A DNA stretch of 64,000 nt from an uncultured Thermoplasmata archaeon. Lineage in GTDB: Archaea > Thermoplasmatota > Thermoplasmata > RBG-16-68-12. Positions within the stretch are counted from its first letter, which is position 1; each line of letters begins with the position of its first letter. The notes under the pieces are model-generated. The model was not told where the DNA came from and made no database searches. It was given only the letters and a program-made list of their open reading frames with translations. This document shows positions 49,476 through 58,628 of this stretch, one piece after another. The stretch is from the NCBI GenBank assembly GCA_963768855.1, contig CAVYJM010000010.1, positions 96,001-160,000 of the forward strand. The letters are read 5' to 3'. The position numbers were made by a program, and so were the translations under genes.

Positions 49476-50297
49476 GTGGTCCTCGACCCGCTCACCGTGG
49501 TCCTGCAGATCTTCCTCATGTTCGGGGTGGCCTTCATCTACTCGAACCTCGGCCTGGGTGGCGGCCTGCTGTTCGTGCCGATCCTCCTGGCCACCGGGGT
49601 GTCGGATCCCATCCTCGCGGCCCCGATCTCCCTCACCCTGACCACGATGACCGCGGCCTCCTCCGTGATCAACCACCGCCGCAAGGGGTTCGTCGACTTC
49701 CGCCTGGGGCGCACCCTTGTCATCGGCACCCTCCTCGGCGCGGTCCTGGGCACCTACGCCCACATCGGCTTCGTGGGCAAGGACGCGTTCAAGGTCATCT
49801 TCGCAATCATCCTCGTCACCTTCGGCGCGGTCATGGTGCACGATTGGCTGAGGAACGCCCGCCCGGTCGACGAGGATGACGATTCGAAGGTGAACCCCAA
49901 GCGGGTGGCCGGGACGACCGTCACGATGGTCGGCTCGGGCTTCCTCTCCGGACTCGCGGGCGTCGGCGGCGGGCTCCTGAACGTCCCGCTGATCATCCTC
50001 CTCCTCGGCCGGAAGACACGCGTCGCGATCGGGACGTCGTCGTTCCTGATTGTCCCGACCGCCGCCCTGGGCTTCAGCCTGTACGTGTTCGGTCGGTACC
50101 TCGGCTCGTCTTCGTTCTCCTGGCCCGAGGAGTTCATCCTGATCCCGATTCTCATGCCCTTCGTCTTCGTCGGGGCGCTCCTCGGCTCCCGCCTGGGACT
50201 GGCGAAGCTGAAGACGCGCTCGGTCTCCCTGATCTTCATCCTCGTGATCTTCGTCGCGGCCGCCCAGATCCTCCTCGACATCCTCGGCATCCTGTGA
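49476..50297 (+). CDS. TauE/SafE (sulfite exporter-like) membrane protein
   Basis: GLGGGLLFVP and GVGGGLLNVP repeats, AIGTS, multi-TM. Confidence 0.88.
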   Translation: MVLDPLTVVLQIFLMFGVAFIYSNLGLGGGLLFVPILLATGVSDPILAAPISLTLTTMTAASSVINHRRKGFVDFRLGRTLVIGTLLGAVLGTYAHIGFVGKDAFKVIFAIILVTFGAVMVHDWLRNARPVDEDDDSKVNPKRVAGTTVTMVGSGFLSGLAGVGGGLLNVPLIILLLGRKTRVAIGTSSFLIVPTAALGFSLYVFGRYLGSSSFSWPEEFILIPILMPFVFVGALLGSRLGLAKLKTRSVSLIFILVIFVAAAQILLDILGIL

Positions 50298-50386
50298 CGG
50301 GACGCATCGTCCACGCCGAGCGCCCTCCTTACAAAAGTGCCAAATAGCCGGCGATGGGTGCCCGCCATACCGGATTCAGGGATGGG

Positions 50387-51661
50387 ATGACCCGCGAGAA
50401 CGGATCGCGGTGGTTCTACAGCTACCTACCGCAAGGCATCGCCGGCGGCGCGACGTCGCCCCTCATCCCGCTGTTCGCGTACGCGCTAGGCGCGAGCCTC
50501 GGGGACGTCGGCATCATCGCCGCGGCCACGAGCATCGCGTCCGTCCCGGCTTTCATGCTCTGGGGCTCCCTCTCGGACCGGCTCAAGCAGAGGAAAGCCT
50601 TCCTCATCCTCGGGTTCCTGGGGACCGCCGTCAGCCTCCTTGCGATGGGCGTCTGCTTCAACCTCGGCGAGTTCTATCTGGCCAACCTCCTCATCGGCTT
50701 CCTCGGAGCGGCGAGCGCCCCCGTGGGGGCCGTCCTCGTCATGGAGACGACGGAACGGCCCAGATGGCCCAACCGCCTCGCCTTCATGAGCCAGCTCACC
50801 GGGGTGGGCTACATCGTCGGCCTGAGCGTCGGAGCCTTGTGGCTCGTCATCGGCCCCACCGTGCTGGACACGGAGAGCGCCATGCGTGGCCTCTTCGTTA
50901 TCGGGGCCGCGCTCGGCCTCCTCTCCGGTCTCCTCGCGGGCCTGTGGCTCAAGGAGCCGAAGGAGTACCTGGAGCGACGCTCGATCCATCTCGTCGACTC
51001 CCTGTTCCGGATCGAGCGAGTCAAGTTCCTGCCGATGCGGATGCTGCATTACCTGGATTTCCGGAACCACCACCGCGCGTCGAAGTTCTCCCCCTCGCTC
51101 CGGCTCTACCTGGCCTGCGTGTTCCTGCTGTTCAGCGGCTTCACCGCCTTCTACGCCTTCTTCCCGATCCTCCTGCAGCAGGTCTACGGGCTCTCGAACC
51201 CCGAGGTCTTCGCGGTCTACATCGCGAGCCAGATCGGTTCGGTGACTGCCTACGTCCGGGTGGGTCAATGGGTGCGGGACCGCGGCGGACGGCGCACCCA
51301 GATCTACGCATCACTTGGCCGGACGGTCCTCTTCCCTGCGTTCCTGGTCCTCGGCCTCCTCTCCCTGTCCCCCGTGGCCATCCTGGCGGGGATCCTGCTC
51401 CTGCACGCTGCGGTCGGTCTCTGCTGGGCCCTCATCAACGTGTCCGGCTCGACCCTGGTGTCCGAGCTGGCTCCCGACGATGGCCGGGCGGAGGCCATGG
51501 GCGCATACAACGCGGTGCAAGGCTTCGGATCCATCCTCGGCCCTCTCCTCGGGGGCTTCGTCGCCGAGTTCTATGGCTACGCTCCAGGGATTGCCGCGTG
51601 CGTCGCGTTCATCCTCGCCGGCGTTGCGATCCTCGCGTTGACCCGGTCCCTCGGGGACTGA
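50387..51661 (+). CDS. MFS transporter
   Basis: WGSLSDRLKQRK motif A, about 12 TM helices, GRAEAMGAYN. Confidence 0.9.
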   Translation: MTRENGSRWFYSYLPQGIAGGATSPLIPLFAYALGASLGDVGIIAAATSIASVPAFMLWGSLSDRLKQRKAFLILGFLGTAVSLLAMGVCFNLGEFYLANLLIGFLGAASAPVGAVLVMETTERPRWPNRLAFMSQLTGVGYIVGLSVGALWLVIGPTVLDTESAMRGLFVIGAALGLLSGLLAGLWLKEPKEYLERRSIHLVDSLFRIERVKFLPMRMLHYLDFRNHHRASKFSPSLRLYLACVFLLFSGFTAFYAFFPILLQQVYGLSNPEVFAVYIASQIGSVTAYVRVGQWVRDRGGRRTQIYASLGRTVLFPAFLVLGLLSLSPVAILAGILLLHAAVGLCWALINVSGSTLVSELAPDDGRAEAMGAYNAVQGFGSILGPLLGGFVAEFYGYAPGIAACVAFILAGVAILALTRSLGD

Positions 51662-51772
51662 GGGGGCCGCGGCCGGGCACATGGCCTCAAAGTACTTTGT
51701 GCAATTACCTCGTTCTTCCTCCGGGACAAGGCGTTATCTACCCTCCTGTCGTCAGGGTCCCACGGGTGTTCT

Positions 51773-52954
51773 ATGAAAGTGCTCATCCTAGGGGGATACG
51801 GGGCGATGGCGCAGTCCACCGTGCCCGATCTTCTCGAAAGCCCTGGTGTGCAGCGCGTAGGGATCGCAGGCAGGAACCTCGAGAAGGCGAAGGCCTTCGC
51901 GAACCTGTGGAAGGACGATCGTGCCGTGCCGATGAAGCTCGACGCGCGCGACAACGACGCGCTCAAGAAGGAGTTCAAGAACTGGGACGCGGTCATCAAC
52001 AGCGCGTGGTACGACCTGAACGTCCCGATCATGGACTGCGCGATCAAGGCGGGCATTCACTACATCGACCTCGGCGGCCTGTACCACCAGGCCCTGCGCC
52101 AGCTCAAGATGGACAAGCAGGCGAAGGACGCTGGTGTCACGTGCATCCTCGGCATCGGCTCGACGCCCGGCACGATGAACGTGATGGGCATGTACGGCGC
52201 GAGCAAGCTGGACAAGGTCCACAAGATGATGCTCCGCAGCAGCGGCATCACCGTTGAGGGAGGGGAGCCCGGGAAGTTCGTCGTGCCCTACGCGGTCCGC
52301 ACGATCTTCGACGAGTTCTCGATGGACGCCCCGATCCTGCGGGACGGGAAGATCAAGTTCGTCCCCGCCCTGACGGGCCTTGAGGTATCCGAGTTCCAGG
52401 CCCCGGTCGGCAAGGTCGAGGGCTACTACACGATCCACTCGGAGCTCGCGACGATGCCGCAGACGATCGGGAAGGGCATCAAGGAGCTCGACTTCATCGT
52501 CGCCTTCCCGCACGAGTTCACCTCGACGATTGCCACCATCGTCCGCCTGGGCCTCGCGACCCGCCAGGAGCACGTCGTCGAGGGCCAGAAGGTCCGGCCG
52601 TACGACGTGACGTCGACGATCATCGACGACCTCCCGAAGCCGAAGGAGCCCGAGAAGGACCTCGACATCCAGCGCGTCGTGATCTGGGGCGAGAAGGACG
52701 GGAACCCGGTCACGCTCCGGTACGAGGCGGCGACCTGGCCGCACAAGAAGTGGAACGTCGGCGGCGGGACCGTGGACACGGGCGTGCCGCCCTCCATTGC
52801 GGCCCAGTGGATCCTGAGGAAGAAGACCAAGGTCACCGGTGCGATCCCGCCGGAAGTGGCGTTCGATCCGATCCCCTACTTCAAGGACCTGAACAGCCAG
52901 GGACGCGGGATTGTCGTCACCGAATTCGCGGAGACGACGAAGAAGCTGAGCTAG
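51773..52954 (+). CDS. Saccharopine-dehydrogenase-family oxidoreductase (lysine 6-dehydrogenase / carboxyspermidine dehydrogenase-like)
   Basis: ILGGYGAM, IAGRN, HYIDLGG, GIGSTPG, HSELAT, GAIPPE. Confidence 0.85.
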   Translation: MKVLILGGYGAMAQSTVPDLLESPGVQRVGIAGRNLEKAKAFANLWKDDRAVPMKLDARDNDALKKEFKNWDAVINSAWYDLNVPIMDCAIKAGIHYIDLGGLYHQALRQLKMDKQAKDAGVTCILGIGSTPGTMNVMGMYGASKLDKVHKMMLRSSGITVEGGEPGKFVVPYAVRTIFDEFSMDAPILRDGKIKFVPALTGLEVSEFQAPVGKVEGYYTIHSELATMPQTIGKGIKELDFIVAFPHEFTSTIATIVRLGLATRQEHVVEGQKVRPYDVTSTIIDDLPKPKEPEKDLDIQRVVIWGEKDGNPVTLRYEAATWPHKKWNVGGGTVDTGVPPSIAAQWILRKKTKVTGAIPPEVAFDPIPYFKDLNSQGRGIVVTEFAETTKKLS

Positions 52955-52973
52955 ACGCCATCGAGATGATCTC

Positions 52974-54287
52974 ATGCCTGCCAAGGGCAAGTCTGCAGAG
53001 GAACGGCTCAAGGAGCGAGACGAGTACATTCCGAAGTCCGTGCGCACGGGCACGCCGATCTTCATCGACCATGCGAAGGGCGCCAAGATCGTCGATGTGG
53101 ACGGCAAGGAGTACATCGACTTCACGGGAGGCATCGGCGTCCTGAACACGGGACACCTGCCCGACGCGGTCACGGACGCCGTGCGGGCCCAGCTGGACAA
53201 GTACCTCCACCTGTGCTTCATGGTCGTGAACTACGAGCCCTACATCGAGCTCTCCAAGCGGCTCCGGCCCACCCTGCCGTTCGAGCGGGGCAAGACGGCG
53301 TTTTTCAACAGCGGCGCCGAGGCCGTGGAGAACGCGGTCAAGATCAGCCGGGCCGTCACGAAGCGGCCGAACGTGATCACCTTCCAGAACTCGTTCCATG
53401 GCCGCACCCTGCTCACCCTGACCATGACGGGCAAGTACCAGCCGTACAAGGTGAACTTCGAGCCCTTCGTGCCCCACGTGTATCAAGTGCCGTTCGCGTA
53501 CTGCTACCGCTGCCCGATGAAACTCTCGTACCCCGAGTGTGGCGTCGCCTGCCTGCAGTACATCGACGACCTCTTCCGCGCCGAGGCGCCCGCGGATAAG
53601 ACGGCCTGCATCGTCGCGGAGCCCATCCAGGGCGAGGGCGGATTCGTCGTGCCCCCGAAGGAGTATTGGCAGGGGCTGCGGAAAATCACGAAGGACAACG
53701 GCATCCTGTTCGTAGACGACGAAGTCCAGGCCGGCATGGGCCGCACCGGGAAGTTCTGGGCCACGGAGCACTTCGGGGTGAAGCCGGACCTGATCACCTC
53801 CGCGAAGGCGCTTGGCGGCGGTCTTCCTCTGAGCGCCGTCTCGGGCCCCGCCGACCTGATGGACATCCCCGTCCCCGGGTCGATTGGAGGCACGTTCGGC
53901 GGGAATCCGCTCGCCTGCGTGGCCGCGATTGCGAACCTCGGGTTGATTCAGAAGAGTCTCTCGAACGCCGCCGAGCTAGGCCGGATGATCGAGAAGCGGT
54001 TCAAGGAAATGGCGGAGGACCACGCGTGGATCGGCGACATCCGCGGCCTCGGGGCGATGCGGGCTATCGAGCTCGTGAAGGACCGGAAGACGAAGGAGCC
54101 CGCGAAGGACGAGACGAACGCAATCATCGCGGAGGCGCGTGGCCGCGGCGGCCTGTTCCTCTCCGCCGGATGGTACGGGAACGTAATCCGCCTCCTGCCC
54201 CCGCTGAACATGGCGAAGGACGCCCTCGCCGAGGGACTCGACATGCTCGACGCGTCCTTCTCGGTCGTCGAGAAGAAGGTCGCCTGA
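52974..54287 (+). CDS. gabT: Class III aminotransferase, 4-aminobutyrate transaminase-like
   Basis: DFTGGIGV, NSGAEAVENA, FHGRT, EPIQGEGG, DEVQAGMGRTG, SAKALGGG, GGTFGGNP. Confidence 0.85.
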   Translation: MPAKGKSAEERLKERDEYIPKSVRTGTPIFIDHAKGAKIVDVDGKEYIDFTGGIGVLNTGHLPDAVTDAVRAQLDKYLHLCFMVVNYEPYIELSKRLRPTLPFERGKTAFFNSGAEAVENAVKISRAVTKRPNVITFQNSFHGRTLLTLTMTGKYQPYKVNFEPFVPHVYQVPFAYCYRCPMKLSYPECGVACLQYIDDLFRAEAPADKTACIVAEPIQGEGGFVVPPKEYWQGLRKITKDNGILFVDDEVQAGMGRTGKFWATEHFGVKPDLITSAKALGGGLPLSAVSGPADLMDIPVPGSIGGTFGGNPLACVAAIANLGLIQKSLSNAAELGRMIEKRFKEMAEDHAWIGDIRGLGAMRAIELVKDRKTKEPAKDETNAIIAEARGRGGLFLSAGWYGNVIRLLPPLNMAKDALAEGLDMLDASFSVVEKKVA

Positions 54288-54316
54288 GCTGGCCTCAGGT
54301 CGTCGCGCGTTCGGTT

Positions 54317-54340
54317 CGAGGGAGCGCTCACGCTCCCTCG
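54317..54340. terminator. Perfect 10-bp GC hairpin between convergent genes
   Basis: CGAGGGAGCG-ctca-CGCTCCCTCG. Confidence 0.5.
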
Positions 54341-54372
54341 TTCACCACGCTCCGATTCGGCTCGACCCGACA

Positions 54373-55827
54373 TCACACGCTGGGCGGGATCGGGGCCTCG
54401 CCGTACACCACGGCCTGCGCGTTGACGGCCTGGACCTGGACGCTCGGGGCCCGGGCCTTCTGCCGGCGGACCTCTTTCGCGACCGCCGCAAACCCGTTGT
54501 CCGCGACCTCGAGGGCCCACTCGATGTCCTCTTCCGTGTGCTCCGTGCAGATGAAGGCCCGCTCCGCGGCCTGCGGGATCCCGAACAGGACGTTGTTCCC
54601 GAGGCAGTGAATGAACCAGTTCCACCAGCGCTTCGTGTTCACGTCGAGGGTGTCGCGGAAGTCGCGGATCTCGTCCTTCGTCGTGAAGTAGACGTTCCCG
54701 ATGGACCCGACGTACTCGACCCAGGCTGGAAGACGCCGGTCGTCCGCGAGGTCCTGGAGGCCGCTGTAGAGCTGCCGTCCGAGGGAGTTCACATGGTCGT
54801 AGTACTCCGGGTGGGCCTCGAGGATCTGAAGGGCCTTGAGGCCCGCCGCGACGCTGACCGGATGCCCGTTGTACGTGCCCGCGTGGAAGGTCCCGTGGCG
54901 CCAGCCCTTGCCCGGCTCGAGGACGTCCATGATCTGCGCCTCGCCGCCGATGCCCGCGAGCTGGAAGCCGCCGCCCGCGATCTTCCCGAAGCACACGAGG
55001 TCGGGACGGACATCGTAGTACTCGGCCGCGCCGCCATACGCCAGGCGGAAGCCGGTGAGGACCTCATCGAAGATGAGGACGATCCCGAGCTTGCGGGTGA
55101 GGTGACGGATCTTCTTCAGGTAGTTGTTCTTGGGAGCGATGACACCGGGTCCACAGAGGACCGGCTCGACGATGAACCCGCCGATCTCGTCCACGCCGTT
55201 CTCGAGGATCTCTGCGGTCGTGTCGTAGTCGTTGTACGGGACGATCGCCATCGTCTCCGCGATCGCCTTCGGGATCCCCTTCCCGTAGGTCACGGGCTGG
55301 TATCCGTTCATGCGCCGCGCGGTGCGGGCGTCCATGTCGAGGCTCATGAGCGCATAGTCGTTCGCGCCATGGTACGCGCCCTCGATCTTCGCGATCTTGT
55401 CCTTCCCCGTGTAGGCTCGGGCGACCCGCATCGCGTGCATCGTCGCCTCCGTCCCGCTGTTCGCGAGGCGGACCTTCTTCATCCATGGCATCGCCTTCTG
55501 GATTTGCTGGATGTATTCCGGGAACAGCTCGGTCGTGATGCCCATCATCGAGCCGGACTCGAGCTGCTTGATCACTTCGAGGGCAATGTCGCGGTTGTTG
55601 TGGCCGAGGAGGAGGGCGCCGAACCCCATCATGAAGTCGAGGATCTTGTTGCCGTCCACGTCGTAGATGTACCCGCCGTCTCCGTAATCCGCGAAGAACG
55701 GATGCGGACGGAAGAAGCGGATGTTGCTCTCGACGCCGCCGGGCGATAGCTTCGCGGCACGCTTCCAGAGCTGGGCGCTCTTCTTGTGCCTCGTCAGGTA
55801 CTTCCGGCTGAACTTCTGGGACGGCAT
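54373..55827 (-). CDS. Glutamate-1-semialdehyde aminomutase-like class III aminotransferase
   Basis: PGGVESNIR, NSGTEATM, EGAYHG, FDEVLTGFR, FGKIAGGG, AGTYNGHP. Confidence 0.85.
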   Translation of the reverse strand: MPSQKFSRKYLTRHKKSAQLWKRAAKLSPGGVESNIRFFRPHPFFADYGDGGYIYDVDGNKILDFMMGFGALLLGHNNRDIALEVIKQLESGSMMGITTELFPEYIQQIQKAMPWMKKVRLANSGTEATMHAMRVARAYTGKDKIAKIEGAYHGANDYALMSLDMDARTARRMNGYQPVTYGKGIPKAIAETMAIVPYNDYDTTAEILENGVDEIGGFIVEPVLCGPGVIAPKNNYLKKIRHLTRKLGIVLIFDEVLTGFRLAYGGAAEYYDVRPDLVCFGKIAGGGFQLAGIGGEAQIMDVLEPGKGWRHGTFHAGTYNGHPVSVAAGLKALQILEAHPEYYDHVNSLGRQLYSGLQDLADDRRLPAWVEYVGSIGNVYFTTKDEIRDFRDTLDVNTKRWWNWFIHCLGNNVLFGIPQAAERAFICTEHTEEDIEWALEVADNGFAAVAKEVRRQKARAPSVQVQAVNAQAVVYGEAPIPPSV

Positions 55828-56232
55828 GGGATCACCCTCAAGCGAAAATCCGCCCGGCCCACGGCCGGACCCGAGTTTCGGCAGGATGCGCCGGGACCGT
55901 GTCCGTTGCGACACGGGCCTCCGTCGGACCCCGGTTCGCTTGGGTAGGTCATGATTGCCTGGAAACTATGAATAGGTTTCGTACTTAGGCGGGGGTTCAT
56001 ATATCCAAACGAAATACGCATAAAATTATATGTCGGAGCTAAATCGATTGTCCGACAGTTGTCGGGCGTCCGTGCTACAACCGAGCTTATAACCTTCATA
56101 AGGCCCACGTACAAAGAGCGTCACGGAAGGCCAGAAGGGCCGCGGTCCCGACCCGGCCGCGTTTCCGGTTGAACGTACAGACTTGTACTTCGGGTCCGCG
56201 TATGTTCCTGCACGCTTGCAGGCGTCGGAGGA

Positions 56233-56317
56233 TGCGTGGGGCAGGATTTGAACCTGCGAACCCCTACGAGACAGGATCCTGAGCCCTGCGCCTTTGACCA
56301 AGCTTGGCAACCCACGC
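56233..56317 (-). tRNA. tRNA-Leu (CAG), intronless, CCA not encoded
   Basis: GCGTGGG/CCCACGC acceptor stem, CAGGG-CTCAGGA-TCCTG anticodon arm, long variable arm, GGTTCAAATCC T-loop; TTTATTA box upstream. Confidence 0.95.
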
Positions 56318-56429
56318 ACGGAACGGTCGGTGGCGAACAGGCGGAGCCGTAATAAAGTTGCGGTGGACGCACCGGGTCCAGGGCTTCCCATCGATAGCTC
56401 CATATCGCCGCGGCTGTAATGCGCAACGC

Positions 56430-56936
56430 ATGTTCCAGAAGCGGGAAGTTCATTTCGTGGCGGGCTCGAAGCCGGCTGATCTCTGGCCCAAGGTGTGGGA
56501 CTGGTGGGCGCGCCAGGGGTTCCAGCTGTCCCAGTCGGGCCCCTATTCGATGCGCGGCACCTCGGTCTCCAGCAACATCGGCCTCCGCCGCGAGTTCTGG
56601 CTCATCCTCTCGGAGGCGGCCAACGGCGCGAATGTCGACCTATCCCTCAACGCGCAGATCACGGACGAGGGCCTCGTCGTGGGCGCTGTCTCCGCGGTCG
56701 TCTTCTGGCCCATCGCGGTGGTCGGCGGGGCGATCTCCTACTCTGAATACGAGACGGACGCCCGCAACCTGATGATCGCGTTCTGGCAGTCCTTGTACTC
56801 CACGGCTGCCCCGCCGGGATCCGGGCCTGCGAGCCCAATGTCCCTCCCACCGCCCTGCACGAGCTGCGGAGCCGCCCTGCTGCCCGATTGGAAGGTGTGC
56901 CCGTACTGCGGCCGCGCGCGGCCGAGCTCGACGTGA
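56430..56936 (+). CDS. Membrane-associated protein with C-terminal double zinc ribbon
   Basis: Hydrophobic GLVVGAVSAVVFWPIAVVGGAI; CTSCG...CPYCG. Confidence 0.75.
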   Translation: MFQKREVHFVAGSKPADLWPKVWDWWARQGFQLSQSGPYSMRGTSVSSNIGLRREFWLILSEAANGANVDLSLNAQITDEGLVVGAVSAVVFWPIAVVGGAISYSEYETDARNLMIAFWQSLYSTAAPPGSGPASPMSLPPPCTSCGAALLPDWKVCPYCGRARPSST

Positions 56937-56946
56937 CCTGCTGCGC

Positions 56947-57165
56947 TCAGCGCGCGCGTCGCATGATCTTCATCCAGCCGCCCGACTCGTAGACCTGGAG
57001 CCGTCGCCTCGACAAGGCCTCGCGGAACTCATCCCAGGAGATGACTTCGAGCCGGGCGTTGCGCCCTTTCGTGAACTGGATGCCGTGGGTGCCCTTGACG
57101 CGTCCTGGTTTCAGTCCCTTCTTCTTCGCCTTCTCGATCGCGGACTCGACGCTGATGGGTTCCAT
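56947..57165 (-). CDS. Small basic hypothetical protein (72 aa)
   Basis: MEPISVESAIEKAKKKGLKPGRVKGT...LEVISWDEF...; AT-rich TATA region at about 57225-57250. Confidence 0.7.
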   Translation of the reverse strand: MEPISVESAIEKAKKKGLKPGRVKGTHGIQFTKGRNARLEVISWDEFREALSRRRLQVYESGGWMKIMRRAR

Positions 57166-57323
57166 GACCACGGAAATCCCTCTGACGCCCGACGAGAGCC
57201 TCTCTCCGTTGCCCATCGGACGGTCTCTATATAATTCTTTCATTATAAAATCCCCCGGCATCTCCCATGAGGGGGACCGGCGTTCGCGAAGGGCTTTCTA
57301 TCCGCGCCCCGGTATCCGGTCGG

Positions 57324-58628
57324 ATGGCCCGCTTCGGATCGTCTGGAATCCGGGGACTCGCCAATGTCGAGGTCACGCCCCAGCTCGCCCTTCAAGTGGG
57401 CCAGGTCGCCGGCGAGCTCTACGGCTCTGTGATCGTCGGGCGGGACCCGCGGACGAGCGGACCGATGCTCGCGTCCGCCCTGATCGCGGGCGTCCTCTCC
57501 TCGGGCGCGGATGCGATCGACGCCGGGCTCGTCTCCACGCCGACCCTCGCCCGCGGAGCCGCGGAGTACGGATGCGGGGTCGAGATCACCGCGTCCCACA
57601 ACCCCGCCCCATACAACGGGATCAAGCTCTGGAACCCCGACGGCATGGCGTTCGATGAGACGCAACAGGACGAGATCGAGAAGGCCTTGGACGCGGGCCG
57701 ATTCCGCTCGTCGGGGTGGGATCAGGTCGGTCGGCTGTCCTCCCGGGACGATCTCGTCGCCGAGCACATCGACGCGATCCTCGCCGAGATCGGCCCGGTG
57801 AAGCTCCGGGTCGTCGTCGACTGCGCTTGCGGGGCCACGACCACGATCACGCCGTTCCTCCTGCGCCGGATGGGGTGCGAGGTGATCGCCCTCAACGCCC
57901 AGCCGGACGGCCACTTCCCGGGCCGCGAACCCGAGCCCACGGAGGAGAACCTGGGCCTCCTGAAGAGCACGGTCCGGAACGTGCACGCGGACCTCGGGAT
58001 CGCGCATGACGGCGACGGGGACCGGATGGTCGCCGTCGATCAGGACGGGACGTACCTGGGTGGCGACTCCTTGCTCGCCCTCTTTGCGAAACAGGAGGTC
58101 CGCCGTTCGCTCGTGGTCCCCGTGGACGCCTCGATGGTCCTCGAGGACCTCCTCCCGAAGGCGACGATCTACCGCACCCGCGTCGGAGACGTCTACGTCG
58201 CCGGGGAGCTCAAGCGCCGCGGCGCCGACTTCGGCGGCGAGCCTTCCGGCACCTGGATTTTCCCCAAGGCTACGCTCTGTCCCGACGGCGTGTACGCCGC
58301 CGCGCGGCTGGTCAAGATGGCCTCGGAGTCCTCGCTGACCGCAGCGGTTCGGGCGATTCCCCGCTACCCGATGCTCCGCGGTGCCGTGGCGTTCGAGCGC
58401 TCTCGACGCGCCCAGGTCGAGGCGAACCTGGACACGGCGCTGCGGGGCCTCGGCGCCGACGTCACGACCGTGGACGGCTGGCGACTCCGGTGGGACGACG
58501 GCTGGGCTCTCGTGCGGCTCTCCGGGACGGAGCCGAAAATCCGTGTGCAGGCGGAGTCGCGCGACGCGGCCAGAGCAAAGGCGATATATGCCACGGCCCT
58601 ATCGAGCGCGCAGGGCGCGGCCACATGA
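57324..58628 (+). CDS. glmM: Phosphoglucosamine mutase
   Basis: FGSSGIRG, GRDPRTS, TASHNP, DGDGDR, GGEPSG, RLSGTEPKIR. Confidence 0.93.
   Translation: MARFGSSGIRGLANVEVTPQLALQVGQVAGELYGSVIVGRDPRTSGPMLASALIAGVLSSGADAIDAGLVSTPTLARGAAEYGCGVEITASHNPAPYNGIKLWNPDGMAFDETQQDEIEKALDAGRFRSSGWDQVGRLSSRDDLVAEHIDAILAEIGPVKLRVVVDCACGATTTITPFLLRRMGCEVIALNAQPDGHFPGREPEPTEENLGLLKSTVRNVHADLGIAHDGDGDRMVAVDQDGTYLGGDSLLALFAKQEVRRSLVVPVDASMVLEDLLPKATIYRTRVGDVYVAGELKRRGADFGGEPSGTWIFPKATLCPDGVYAAARLVKMASESSLTAAVRAIPRYPMLRGAVAFERSRRAQVEANLDTALRGLGADVTTVDGWRLRWDDGWALVRLSGTEPKIRVQAESRDAARAKAIYATALSSAQGAAT

Noticed and set aside
56233-56317. tRNA-Leu as the attachment site of an integrated element
   Set aside because: No integrase and no duplicated tRNA 3' end was noticed in the window
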